A DNA stretch of 64,000 nucleotides from Vicugna vicugna. Taxonomy: Eukaryota. The translations under genes and the position numbers were made by a program. The stretch spans positions 1,559,308 to 1,623,307 of the forward strand of contig MU061578.1 in NCBI GenBank assembly GCA_013265495.1, read 5' to 3'. The notes beneath the pieces are model-generated. The model saw nothing but the letters and a program-made list of their open reading frames with translations, made no database searches and was not told the origin of the DNA. This document shows, piece by piece, positions 1 through 12,562 of the stretch. Positions within the stretch are counted from its first letter, which is position 1. The number at the start of each line of letters is the position of its first letter.

Positions 1-1519
1 AGCACCCCGGGGTCCTGGAGATGTCAAACGCAGGAGGTTTTGCAAGGCCAGATGTGCAGGGACCCCGAGGGACTGGGTGTGACCTCACATCGCCTTTGCT
101 AAATCCCAGTGAGCTCTGCTGCATTCGCCCCTGGGAGGAAACAATCCCACTTCTGGGAGGAAGGTGCTTCCAGCCTCGAAGATCTCCCTGTGACATCGAC
201 ATCGCCTGGGGGATTTTAGGAAACGGCCGGGAACTCATCCAAAAGCCGGTCCAGTCACAGGGCTGCTGCTCACTACGGGGGCTTGGAAGCAAAAGAGAAA
301 CGGAAATGGAAACCACAGAGCAGGCCACACCGTGAAATCCTCCACGGACAACCGGGCAAGCTTCCCTAAATGCCAGCCAGCTCACTGAGGGCTGATGGAG
401 AGCAGGCATCGAGGATGTTAAAATAAAACAAACAAGCAAACCAACAAAGAGAGAAATGGAAGGCAAAACAAAACAAAACCCCCCCTCATTCAGTGGCCTC
501 ACAGCCCAGACTGACCGTGCAGGGACCAGGAAGAGAGATCTGATGGCTTTTCATTAAGATGAGGGCTCTCTTCACCTCTTGAAATTCACCATTGATCTGC
601 CATCACGACATCTGGTCTAGGAGTCGGCGGGGAAAGGGCTCCTCTCAAGGTGAGCGGCCCTGCTGAGTGGAAGCGCAGGGGATGAGGCGGGATGCTGACG
701 GGGTGTGTGGCGGCGGGACACCCCAGCGGGCGCTACGGGAAACTGTAGACCTTGTGTTGTCTAAGATCCTTCCATGGAGAGGATGCCCAGCCACACACAA
801 AGGTGCAGACAGATGTGAGCACACCAGCACATCCCTGCATGCAGAACTCGGGGAGGGAGGCCGGCAGGGGGAGGCAGGGGAAAGGGGAAGGAGAAAAGGC
901 GAAGGGAAGTCATTCTTGGGAAGCCGCCTCGTCCTACAGACACCACGTTCAGCTTCCGTAACTAAAGGAAACTGAGCTTTAAAAAAACCCTCTCCCAGTT
1001 CTCCTTCGGAGCACTCAGTTTTTCATAAAAAAACCCCACTCAGGCCAAGGGGCTGCCTCTTCAGAGGCAGGCTGACTTATTATTTTGGCACCTCTGTCAT
1101 CTCTTGTCACTTCAATTCCACTTTATCAAATTACGGACTTCGCCCGAAGCATTCGGAATGAATGGAGAGGAACGCACACCCATACACGAGCAAGTGTCAT
1201 CGCTTCAGTGGTGACACTTCATAATTATACGTCGGGGTGACAGAAGTCCGGAGTGTGTTCCAGACACGGGAGGAAGAGCAGTCCAGAAGCTGAGGCGGCT
1301 GTCTGCCCACGTGACCTCATGCCGCGTCACTGTCCGGAGGGTGGGACGGCCACTCTCCCACTGAGGGTGGGGGACACTGCCCTCTGGGGCGACTAGGGTT
1401 TGCATCTTGACTCTTCCATTAAGAGATGGCACCCTGATACGCAGAGCTACCTCCAACACCTCCTTCCCACTTCCCACTACGTTAGGAGATCCAGAGAGGC
1501 GACAGCCCCAATGTAAGAA

Positions 1520-1520
<1 letters not shown>

Positions 1521-1554
<34 letters not shown>
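1521..1554 (+). repeat. (CA)n microsatellite
   Basis: Uninterrupted CA run seen directly. Confidence 0.97.
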
Positions 1555-1557
<3 letters not shown>

Positions 1558-3526
1558 AGAACAGAATTCAGAGGAAGAGGAGTCCTCCTGTAAGTAGGCA
1601 CTGTGGTGGTTGTGTTGCCAAAAGTCATCCCCAGTTAATTACCGTCAAAGATTCAGTTAATTCACAGATCATCAGCCGTGTATGGGCAAGGTTAGAAAAA
1701 GACAGGAAAGTCCTCTAGAAATGAGGCCCCATTCGAAGTGTCTGACTCAAGCCAACAGCCTATGCCAACGCACAGAAATGCCTCTGGGTGTGCCTGTGTC
1801 TGGGTCACTCTTTTGTAAGCAGCTGAAGCTAGGTACAGAATGATCACACATGACTTCTTCCCTCCAGTCATCACCTGAGGGCATCCACAGACTTGGGGGA
1901 TTATTCCCGTCATGATATATGAACCAAAGGCAGTCTGGGTAGCAGAGCGGAGCTGCGTGGCCGCCTTGCGCTGCCCAGAGAGTATCCTGGTTGTCCATTT
2001 ATCTTGTTGATGATAGAAAGGATGTTGTTTGAACAGCCTCAGTTCTCCCGGTATCTTTCAAACACTATGGGCAAAGATAGTGAAACAAAACCAACAGGCA
2101 AAAAGAAAAAATCTAAACAGAAACACACTTGTGAATTCCATTAAAATCCAAGGGAAGGGAAAAGAACTTGAACTCTGGAAGCAGGGCAGGGAACAGGCTT
2201 TTACTGGGATACGGGGAGCAGGGTGGCTGCCGGCAGATTCCTGATGGCAGAGCTGGTGGGAACAGATAAAAAGGGCTGTGGATGCATCTTCAGCCTAAAT
2301 TCCATGGGTCCAACTCACAAAATGCACGCATGCAAGGACACCGGCACGTAAACACTCAGCGAACGCAAATACGCATTGAAACAAACACCTTTGCCTGCAA
2401 ACTAGAGCGACACACAACTGGAACTAAGCTAACATCTCAGGGTGCGGATTTAAGCCACTGTCTCATTACTCCTTTCAAAGTGATGAGATGAATGGCCCTT
2501 AAAATCTTGCATGGCAACTGCCCTCTCTTTAAGAGCTTTAAAAATTTAGTTTTTGAGATGTCCTCGCCGCCTTATTCATCAGCAGATGACCGAGCTATCA
2601 CAAAATCAGGGCTGAAAACCTCTGCTTGAAATAATAACCACATTTGACAATAATGGTCCAGTTACAGGGACGAACATCTTTCAAAATTTTGGAAGGGTGT
2701 CAAAAGTAGCCAGGAGATAGGTACCCTCAATTCACTCATTTGACCTCTTTTTAGCCGAGGCAGTCAAGGTAAAATTTGATCTGCTCAAATCCACTCTGCC
2801 ACGGAAACTTCTTTGAACTCTTGCCAATAAAGGGAGACTGAAAATATTAAAGTGCAAAACAATTGTCTCGTCGGTGCCTTCCCTGAAGAGAACTACACCA
2901 AGTGTAACGAGAAGATAAATGGGGGGGAAACTCTAAAATCTGTAGGAAATGACCTCCCTTCTCTGCTGCCCCCCCCCCGCAGACATCATATGACCACATT
3001 TATAACATAGAAAATCACTGCTCGTATGACTTGGTCATGATGAAAAGCGGGGCAGGCTCTTTTTCAAGCCAAAGTGTATAGATCAGATCTGTTTTTTTAG
3101 GACACACCCTGAAAAGCCCATGATTATACATTCTGTAATATATGCAATGGTATATAATTCTGTGTAATATGCAGCATATTCCATATCATCATCATTAAAG
3201 ATAGTCAACTAAAATGTGAAATGAGTTAAGGATTGACGAGCTACTTTCCCAAGAAGCAAGCGACTAAAACAAAAATCAAGGCGAATTTTTGTAACACTCA
3301 GTTACATCATGCAGTCTTCATCGAAGTTATCAGATCTCACACCGATTGCAAAGAAAGAAAAAAAAAAACAGGCATTTTAAAATACGATTGTCTTCAAGTG
3401 TCTACGCTCAGCACGTGAGTCACCTTTGCAAGACAGCGTCCAGCAAGGCATGCCTTAAACACTTGGGTTTAAGTCACAGAGTTCTCATTCCATTTGAAAC
3501 CAAAAGGATGAGAAATACTGACTTAC

Positions 3527-3574
3527 CTTTCTGTCCTCTATTTCCACACAGGTACTGCAGTCCGCTTTGATATC
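3527..3574 (-). CDS. RBFOX1: 48-nt internal exon of probable RBFOX1: 5' UTR in the canonical isoform, coding (DIKADCSTCVEIEDRK) in N-terminally extended isoforms
   Basis: Minus strand: strong polypyrimidine acceptor tttccctctcttttccctcctctcag, exon GATATCAAAGCGGACTGCAGTACCTGTGTGGAAATAGAGGACAGAAAG, perfect donor gtaagt. Length is a multiple of 3 and the phase-0 frame is open. Confidence 0.82.
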
Positions 3575-4004
3575 CTGAGAGGAGGGAAAAGAGAGGGAAA
3601 GGACAGGAGTCAGACTTATGGTCAGGGAACATTCAGCAGTGTCGTTGAAATGCCCTTTAAAATAATAAAGAGCTCATGCTCGCAAGGGCTGCTTCTCGAG
3701 CCATTGCTCTTTATAGCGCTTTTTAGAAGTATATGCCCTGGTGTTTGCATTAGAGACATATGGATGTCATAACTAAGCTTTATTACATGCAGATGTGGGG
3801 TGAAGGCAAAAGCTATGGCTCAGAGGCCACAACAAAGAGAAGCTGATGGCTCATAAAATAATATGCCCCCCCAGACACCTCTGTCCATATCAGCAGAGAC
3901 TGCCCTTAATCAGACTTACTGTCTCTCTCCCATTCCAGATTTGGGATAGTCAAATCCATCTCCCTTCAACTCAAAGCCATCACTGTGTATTTTTTATCCT
4001 TCCA

Positions 4005-4140
4005 CGCATCCACCCATTCATTCATCATCCATCCATCCACCTATTCATCCATCATTTATCATCCATCCATCCATCATCCATCCAACTATCCATCCATTAT
4101 CCATCCATCCATCATTCATCATCATCCATCCATTTGTCCA
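4005..4140 (+). repeat. Degenerate (CATC/CATT)n simple repeat
   Basis: Repeated atcc/catc units. Confidence 0.9.
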
Positions 4141-4284
4141 TATTTATTGCTATCTACTTTTTCATGAATTTTTTTCTTGTTGCTTTGGAAATAGAAGTGG
4201 AAAAAAAAAAAACACAGTTTCAACCCTCAAGAAACTCCCCAGTTAGAGGAAATGTCAGACACACATACACAAGCAATCATGATA

Positions 4285-4790
4285 TTCATTTACTTATTCA
4301 AAAGATATGCATTCAGCACCTGTCACTTGCTAAGTCTCACTCTAGGCATGGAAGACTCAACAAACAAAACACAGGAAGGTCCTGCCCTGGTGATGCTTAT
4401 ATTCTGCTAGAAAAAACAGAATACAGAAAAGAAATATCAGTAAATGGTTGGTGTTTTAGAAGAGGAAATGTACTATGAAGAAAAATGAAGCAGAGAGAAG
4501 GGAAATGCTGAGGGTAAGGGAATAAGATTTTCAATTTAAAGAGAAGCAACGAGTGAGTAATGGCTTGAAGAAAGTGAGGGGATGAGCTGTGAAGCCATCT
4601 GGGGAAAGAGCATCTTAGATGAGAGAAGAGCAAGTGCAAAGGCCCCGAGGCAGAAATGTACTGGACACGGTCAAGCTAGAGGAAGGAGACCTTTGTGGCT
4701 GGAGGAAGGTAAATCAGGAAAATAGTGGAGGTGAGCTCAGCGAAGGACATTGGGTTTTATTCTGAGTGGCGAGGGACCACTAGAGTGACT
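4285..4790 (-). mobile_element. L2 LINE 3' fragment, resuming at about 5850-6130 after nested insertions
   Basis: attcatttacttattcaaaagatatgcattcagcacc terminus, plus typical L2 motifs (gagccatctggggaaagagc...agcaagtgcaaaggccccgagg). Confidence 0.7.
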
Positions 4791-4794
4791 TTTG

Positions 4795-5848
4795 GTGTTA
4801 CTGTGGTAAACTACACATAACATAACATTTAGTAATCTAACCATTTTGAAGTGTACAGTTCAGGGGCTCTAAGTACATTCACATTGTTGTACAACCATCA
4901 CCACCACACATCTCCAGAACTTTTTCGTCTTCCCAAACTGAAACTCCATAACCCTTAAACAATAGCTCCCATTCTCCCAGCCCCCAGCTCCTGGTAACCA
5001 CAATTCTGCCTTCTGTCTCTCTGAATCTGACAACCCTCAGTATCTCATTCTATCATATGCCATAACAAGACACCACAGACTGGGTGGCTTAAACCATGCA
5101 AATGTATTTTCTCACAATACTGGAGGCTAGAAGTCAAAACTCCAGGTGCCCTCAGGGTTGGTTTCTGATGAGGGCTCTCTGGCAAGTTTGTAGACGGCCA
5201 CCTTCTCATTGTGCCTTCTGGGTGCACAAAGAGAGATCTCTGGTGTCCCTTTCTCTTCTTATAAGGACATCAGTCCTATCAGATTTGGGACCCATCCTTA
5301 GGACCCTATTTGACCTTAATTGACTTCTTAAAGGCCCTGTATCCAAATACAGTCATAGTGGAGGGTAGGGCTTCAACATATGAATTTGAGAGCAGGGAAT
5401 AATTCAGTCTTTAATGTCAATATAAGTGGAACCATATACTATTTGCTCCTTTGCATCTGGCTTATTTCATTTAGCATAACGTCTTCACCCAGGGTCCATC
5501 GATGTAGTAGTATGTGTCAGGATTTCTTAACATTCCATTGCGTGTAGAGACCCCATACTGACTATCTACTCCTCCATGGGGTAACGCCGGGTTATTTCCA
5601 CACTTTGGCTATAGTGAATAATGCCGCTATGAACACGCGTATACACCTATCGGTTCAAGTCCTTGATTTCAGTTCCTTTGTGTGTATGTCTAGAGGTTCA
5701 ATGGCTGAATCATATGGTAATTCAAGGTTTAATTTTTTTGAGGGACCACCATATTGGTTTTCTATAGGAGCTGCACTATTTTATACTCCCACAGGCAGTG
5801 CACAAGGGTTCCAGCTTCTCCACCTCCTTGCCCGCACTTTGTTGTTTT
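4795..5848 (-). mobile_element. Old L1 (L1MA/MB-like) 3' end, interrupted by an MLT1 LTR
   Basis: Reverse-strand L1 3'UTR motifs (gtacattcacattgttgtacaaccatcacc; ggctatagtgaataatgccgctatgaac). Confidence 0.8.
5040..5416 (-). mobile_element. MaLR MLT1A/B-like solo LTR nested in the L1
   Basis: ccacagactgggtggcttaaac...ggaggctagaagtc...ttcaacatatgaatttg is the reverse complement of the MLT1 pattern. Confidence 0.8.
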
Positions 5849-6544
5849 TACTCAGGGGGTTTGAAGAGAGAACAGATATTATCTGGCTTCTGTTTTAACA
5901 GAATAGACAACTGAGGACCAAAAGGGCAAGAGGGGAGACCAGTTGTGGGGGATACTGCAGGAGTTCAGGTATAAGATAATGGGGTCTGGCACGCATGGTG
6001 GCCAGGGAGGTGGTGGCAAGGGGGTCAGCGTGTGGCTAGACCAACAGATGTCATGAAAGACCGGACGTGGGATGTGAGGGGAAGATGGGGGTGGAGGACC
6101 ATTCCAATGGCCTGAGCGTGCTAGCAATGGCGGTGGGGGACTATGGGTGTGGCAGGATGGTGCAGGGCTCCGCAAACAGTAGTGCCTCCACCTTGGGTAA
6201 GTCGGGTCTATAGAAAGGCTTATTCTCTCACCCAGAAGTGGCGGGTTTCCTCTGCCAATGCATCATTAGGACAGTGTGGGTATAAGTGGAAGGCCATCAC
6301 CATAGTAATTTATTTAGCACAGCAAATTCCAGGTCCACATGAATCCAGAGTGGAATAAAAGGAGACAATGTCACCAGGCAAAGACTGCATTTTCTATGCA
6401 ACAGTTTCTGTTTTGCTACCAGCTAAAATGGGACTGAAGCCCTGAGCAGCGACTGAATGTACCTTCAGTGCCAGAAACTCTAAAAGGTGTTTTTCACTCT
6501 TGTCTCTAAACTCCCACAAGCCAAACAAAGTTGGATTCTTTCTT

Positions 6545-7380
6545 TTTTTTCCCCCCTTAAATTGAAGTAGAGTTTATTTACAGTATTATATTAGTTTCAG
6601 CATAGTGATTCGGTATTTTTACAGCTTATGCTCCGTTCAAAGTTATTATGACACAATGACCATAATTCCCTGTGCTGTAAAACGTAGCCTTGTTGCTGAT
6701 CTATTTTATGCACAGTAGTTTGTATCTGTGAATCCCATACCCCGAATTTACCCCCTCCTCTTCCCTCTCCCCTTTGGTAACCATGAGTTTGTTTTCTATA
6801 TCTGTGAGCCTGTTTCTGTTTGCCCATATACTCCATTGTATTATTTTTTTTTAGATTCCACATCTAAGTGATATCATGTGGTATTTGTCTTTTTCTGTCT
6901 GGTTTATGTCAGTAAGCATACTCTCTAGCATATTAGCATATTCTCTAGATCTATCTGTGTTTCCGCAAATGGCATTATTTCATTCTTTTTTATGGCTGAG
7001 TAATATTCCACTGCATACCTACACCATGTTTTCTTTATTCATTTATCTCTTGATGGACACTTAGGTTGCTTCCATATCTTGGCTATTGTAAATAATGCTG
7101 CAATGAACACGGGGGTGCAGATATCTCTTCTAATTAGTGCTTTGGGCTTTTTTCTGGATAAATATCCAGGAATAGAATTGCTGGATCATATGGTAGTTCT
7201 ATTTTCAGTTTTTTAAGGAAACTCTATACTGTTTAACACAGTGGTTAACCAAATTACCCTCCCACTAACAGTGTAGGAGGGTTCTCTTTTCTCCACACCC
7301 TCTCCAACATTTGTTACTTGTAGACTTTTTGATGACAGCCATTCTGACAGGTGTGAGGTGGTACCTCCCTGTGGTTTTGA
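6545..7380 (-). mobile_element. 5'-truncated L1 (ORF2 end and 3'UTR)
   Basis: T-tract followed by reverse-complement L1 3'UTR and ORF2 C-terminal sequence (gatgacagccattctgacaggtgtgaggtgg). Confidence 0.9.
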
Positions 7381-7607
7381 CTAGTTTTACTGAATGAAAA
7401 TTGAGGTGGGTGATTAGGTAATTCACCATGGGTCACACAAGGATGGAGCTCATGTCTTCCAGGGTCTCCTGACACCAGGCACTTTCCAGCTCTTTCAGGT
7501 GATCTTATTTAAGTCATGGTGGCTGGTCTGTGTAATTCAAGCCACAAGTGTCATCCTTTTCTTGGGAGGCAGCATCATCTAAAGCAAGAATGTCTAGAAA
7601 AGGAGCA

Positions 7608-7636
7608 CAGCGGTGATTCTCCAGGTGTGGTCCCCA

Positions 7637-7668
<32 letters not shown>

Positions 7669-7742
7669 CCTGCATATTCTTGGACCCCTTCCTAGACCTA
7701 GTGAATCTGAAACTCTGGGGCGAGGGCCAGAGATCTGTGTCC
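7608..7742. mobile_element. MER5A-like hAT-Charlie MITE with an expanded (CAG)9 tract
   Basis: gtgattctccaggtgtggtcccc...gaatctgaaactctgggg; CAG run at about 7640-7666. Confidence 0.75.
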
Positions 7743-7950
7743 GGGGGATCCACTGTGGGCTCAGGGCTGAGGCTGCAGGACAGTGTTGTGGTTCCAGTCC
7801 TGACATCAGAGTCCCTCACCCCAAGTGTGGCTCCCCCATGTAACAGCTGGGCGGCCTTCGGCAAGATTCTTCCCCTTTCAAAGCCTCAGTTCCCAAATCT
7901 GTGAAACAGGGGTAATAGGAGGAACTGGCCATTCAAAGTGGGGTCTACCT

Positions 7951-8971
7951 GGGAGAAAATTATTGCATACAATGCAGCTGACAAGGGCTTAAGTTCCAGA
8001 ATATACAAACAGCTCATACAACTCGAAAAGAAACAAACAAACAAACAAACAACCTAATCCAAAAATGGGTAGAAGACCTAAACAGACATTTCTCCAACAG
8101 ACATACTGATGGCCAAGAGGCTCATGAAGAGATGCTCAAAATCGCTAATTATCAGAGAAATGCAAATCAAAACTATAATGAGGTATCATGACATACAGTC
8201 AGAATGGCCATCATTAAAAAGCCCACAGACAATAAACCCTCCTACACTCTTGGTAGAACGTAATTTGGTGCAGCCACTGTGGAAAACAGCATAGAGATTC
8301 CTTAAAAAACTGAAAATAGGTTTACCGTATGATCCTGCAATCCCATTCCTGGGCATATATCCAGAGGGAACTCTAATTCCAAAAGACACTTGCACCCCAA
8401 TGTTCATAGCAGCACTAGTTACAACAGCCAAGACATGGAAGCAAACTAAATGTCCATCAACAGATGACTAGATAAAGAAGTTGTGGTATATTTATACAAT
8501 GGAATACTACTCAGCCATAAAAAAGAATAAAATAATGCCATTTGCAGCAACATGGATGGAACTAGGGACTGTGATTCTAAGTAAAATAAGCCAGAAAGAG
8601 AAAGAAAAATACCATATGCTATCACTTATATGTGGAATCTAGAAAAATGACACAAATGAACTTACTGACAAAACAGAAACAGACTCACAGACGTAGAAAG
8701 CAAACTTATGGTCACCAAAGGGGAAGGGGTGGAAGGAGGGATAAATTAGGAGTTTGGGATTTGTAGATACTAACTACTATATGTAAAATAGACAAACAAC
8801 AAGGACCTACTGTATAGCACAGGGAACTATATTCAATAGCTTGTAATAACCCATAATGAAGAATATGAAAAAGAATATGTATTTACAATATGCATAACTG
8901 AATCACTATGCTGTATACCAGAAAGTAACACAACACTGTAAATCAATTATACTTCAGTAAAAACAAAAAAC
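7951..8971 (+). mobile_element. 5'-truncated L1 (ORF2 C-terminus, 3'UTR, A-tail) with a 17-bp TSD
   Basis: ORF 8109-8294 ([22 protein letters not shown]...VQPLWKT) is L1 ORF2 C-terminal sequence. TSD caaagtggggtctacct (7934-7950) / caaagtggagtctacct (8972-8988). Confidence 0.95.
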
Positions 8972-9031
8972 CAAAGTGGAGTCTACCTCCAGCAACCAGA
9001 GTATCACCGGGAGCTTGTTAAATGTAGCATC

Positions 9032-9595
9032 TCAGGCTCCACCCCATAGATACTGAATCAGAATCCACATTTTAACAAGTGTGATGGACGGAATGTTCAT
9101 GTCCCCCTAAATGCGTCGTGGGTTGAAGCCCTAAATTGCTGGGTGGCTCTGTTTGGAGAAGGAAGGGCTTCTGAAGACGTAATTAAGGTTAGATGAGGCT
9201 ATAAGAAAGGGACCCTGATCTGGTAGAATTAGCGTCATTATAAGAAGAGGCACCGGAGAGTGTCTGATTTCTGCACAGACACACCGAGAAGAGGCCGTCG
9301 GCGCACACAGCCATCAGGCTCCACCCCATAGATACTGAATCAGAATCCACATTTTAACAAGTGTGATGGACGGAATGTTCATGTCCCCCTAAATGCATCG
9401 TGGGTTGAAGCCCTTAATTGCTGGGTGGCTCTGTTTGGAGAAGGAAGGGCTTCTGAAAACGTAATTAAGGTTAGATGAGGCTATAAGAAAGGGACCCTGA
9501 TCTGGTAGGATTAGCGTCATTATAAGAAGAGGCACCGGAGAGTGTCTGATTTCTGCACAGACACACCGAGAAGAGGCCGTCGGCGCACACAGCCA
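9032..9595 (+). repeat. 282-bp direct tandem duplication (2 copies)
   Basis: 9032-9313 versus 9314-9595; 4 substitutions by eye. Confidence 0.95.
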
Positions 9596-9750
9596 GAAGG
9601 TGCCGCAGCTAGCCAGGAAGAGACTCCTGCCCAGGACTGGACTGCCACCCTGGCCTTAGACGTCCAGCCTCCAGAGCTGTGAGAACATCCATTTTGGTTG
9701 TTTAAGCCTGCGGTACTTTGCTAAAGGAGCCCCAGCAGATTCAGACAACA
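9080..9750 (+). mobile_element. MLT1A-like MaLR LTR, 5' part duplicated
   Basis: tgtgatggacggaatgttcatgtcccc start; ccagcctccagagctgtgagaac...ttgtttaagcc end. Confidence 0.8.
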
Positions 9751-9937
9751 AGGTTCTCAGATTATTCGCAAGGCACAGCCATAGGGCTTGGAGGGTCGCG
9801 CTTTTCTCACTCAGAGACTCCTCATCTCATGGCCGAGGTCTCTGATGGACCTTGGACACAGAGGCAGCGAGATGCCCCACCTCTCACTTGGAACTCTTTT
9901 TGAATTCATCCTCTAAGGAGCATAAAGAGAAGAAATA

Positions 9938-10110
9938 AGTTTCTACTGTATTGCACAGTGAGCTATATTCAATAACTTGGAGTAGCCCATGATGAAAAAG
10001 AATATAGAAAGAAATAAATGTATGTTCATGTGTGACTGAAAACATTATGCCGGACACCAGAAATTGATGCAACATTGTCAACTGACTATACTTCATTTAA
10101 AAACAAAACA
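9938..10110 (+). mobile_element. Short L1 3'-end fragment of the camelid-type tail
   Basis: ctactgtattgcacagtgagctatattcaat...gactatacttcatttaaaaacaaaac, homologous to 8808-8965. Confidence 0.8.
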
Positions 10111-10934
10111 GAGGGGGAGAGAGAGAAAGCAGAGATTCACTTGGCGTGGGGGTGATGTAAGCTTGGATTATTTTTAAACCCAGGAGATGCCATCTAGAAA
10201 TGAGGTAGGGAAGAGCAAGTCCCTATTTGATGCTGCTCTGATCCAGGGAAGTGTGCGGTTGGTTTCCTTCCTTCCTCGAGTGGAAATACGTTGAGTTTGC
10301 AAGAATGAGTCCATGTCCGATTCTGACCGACCCACGCAGCAATGGCAGCATGACTAACAAGATCAGCAAAGCAAAGGCAACCTTTTGTTTTTTTTTAATC
10401 TGCCACCGAGGACCCATGCAAGGGACAGACGGGAAGAAGCCATCTGGTAGAATCCAAAGCTTTTGCCATTTCCCTGCGATTATTCAATTTATCCTTGTCA
10501 GGATTAATCCACTAAGCCCATGCCGGATTTTTCTTTTTTTTTTTCTCTTTAGGTGATACTGTTGGTCTGTCATCCGCTGCAGAGCAACGTGGGAGGTACC
10601 CAGGGGACGAGACTTGCTTCTGAACGATGCTGGACTCCAAGTGGAAAACATGTCACTTTGGCAGGAACAAATGATTGTTCCGATAGCTCCGTGGAGAGCG
10701 GGTGTCTCCAGATGGGCTCTGACCTGACCTTTTCCAAACCGGAGGAGTTGAGTAAATTCCTCACTTGAAGACTTCCGCTTGGAGAACAGCTCAACTCCTT
10801 AAGGGTTAAGTATGAGTTTGGAGCCATGGACTCAACCTCAAGCAGTCAATTTCCCTACAGAAGTCAGCCATCCTCCTTTCTGTAGCTAGGAAACCCCCAA
10901 CAGTCACTCAGCTCCCAGAACAGATGGAAACCTG

Positions 10935-11110
10935 CCCACGCTGTGGAGTCATACTGCTTGGGTCCAAATCCCTGGGCTCTACCAGCTGTGCTTCAGTTTC
11001 TCCACCTGTAAAACAAAGGTTATCATAACAGCTGCCTCATTGACTGGAAGGCATAGTGAATACGCGCAAGGTCTTAGCACATGGCCAGCCATCGATAAAC
11101 GTTAGCTCGC
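10935..11110 (+). mobile_element. MIR SINE
   Basis: Core motifs gggtccaaatcc...cttcagtttctccacctgtaaaac. Confidence 0.7.
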
Positions 11111-11510
11111 ATTGAGAGCATCTTCCAAAAATCCTTGGGAGACACGGTTCTGAGTGGAGTACTGAGAAGTTAAAAGCAGCTCTATTTTTAAAGTTTTGTT
11201 TTTTTTTTTCTTCCCAGGCTCCTCAGTTCCTCTGGCTTTTAGACATCACAGCACGCATGTGTCTGTTCCATTCAGAGGCTGTTCCACCTCACAGGAGATG
11301 TCTCTTTTTTCCTGAGCTTTGTGTGTTGCTTGCTCCTGATATTTTTTGTGGGTCAGGGCTATTTCTGCCCATGAGGAAGGGACATTGTCATCCCGGACCA
11401 CGGATCAACGTTGCTCACAGCTCTGAAGAGCCTGGAAGGTACAGGTCCCAGGGGACAGATGGGGAGACATCCCTGCCAATGAGATTCCGAAGGCTGAGAA
11501 GCTAGGAACC

Positions 11511-11935
11511 TGTAAGGGGTTGAATTGTTACTCCCACCCCCAAAAAATACGTGCATGTCCAAACCACTGGAACCCGTTAATATGACCTTATTTGGAAGCA
11601 GAGTCTTTGAGAAGATGATTAAGGATCTTGAGATGAGTCATCCTGGATCATCTGCACGAGCCCTAAGTCCAATAAGAGACAGAGAGGAGAGAAGGCCGTG
11701 TGAAGACAGAGGCAGGGATCGAGCTGATGCAGCCACAAACCCAGGGACGCCTGGGGCCACTGGAAGCTGGAAGAAGCCAGAGGGATCCCCTCCTACAGCC
11801 TTCTGGGGGAGCACAGCCCAGCTGACACCTTGACCTTGGACTTCTGGCCTCCAGGACCGTGAGAGGACACATTTCTGTTGTTCTGCGGTGCCCAGGTCGT
11901 GACCCTTTTTTTTTTTTTTTACAACAAGCACAGGA
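11511..11935 (+). mobile_element. MLT1C-like MaLR solo LTR
   Basis: tgtaaggggttgaattg...atatgaccttatttggaa...gacttctggcctccagg...atttctgttg. Confidence 0.85.
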
Positions 11936-12562
11936 GGGGAATTGAGAGCCTCAGGGAGCTCCCTTTGTGGATCTCTCTTGTCTGGGACTCTGTTACTCAG
12001 CACTGAGAAAAGAAAGGCACCCTCGGGAGACCACCCTGTGTAATAACCCAAGGTCTGGGGCAGAAGGAAAAGCCCTTCCCAGAGATCCCAGCGTGGCCGT
12101 GAGCTGCCGTGCCCGCGTGTTTTCAGAAGACAGTCCCCGGGACCTCCAAATCGGTGACTTACCCGTTACCAACCCTGGAAGGGTGATGGAAAGAAAAGAC
12201 CAGGGTCCTGAGGATTGATATAAGACCTAAGCCAGGATAATGCATCTTTGACCCAGCAGTGTTCTCCTGGACTCAGATACTCGCCAAGTCCCAGGGAGCG
12301 TTTCACGGGAAAAACCCACAGCTTAAGTCGTCTCTTGGGAGCTGGGGGGGACGCAGCCAAGGGTTCATCCGACAAGTCCAAACAGGGCTTGTGATCAACT
12401 ACTCCTCTACCGAGGGAAGAAATCCAAGTGTTTGACTCTTTCTTTTCGTGCAGAAGATAAACGCTACTGGTGGACAGATTCTAACATGGAGGAAAAATAC
12501 GTTTCGTCGTCACACTCCAAAAAGAATTCAAAAGTGCATTTCAAACTCTGAGTCAACGTTAC

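Noticed and set aside
1..1500. GC/CpG-enriched stretch as a CpG-island promoter or coding exons
   Set aside because: CpG enrichment is modest, the ORFs resemble no known protein, and I found no convincing splice-site pair.
3846..4478. Longest ORF in the track (210 aa, His/Ser/Ile/Pro-rich)
   Set aside because: It is open only because it runs through a (CATC)n repeat and into L2 sequence; no domain or splice support.
7594..7843. PolyQ / polyC / polyL ORFs
   Set aside because: Short CAG expansion within a MER5A-like element; no exon context.
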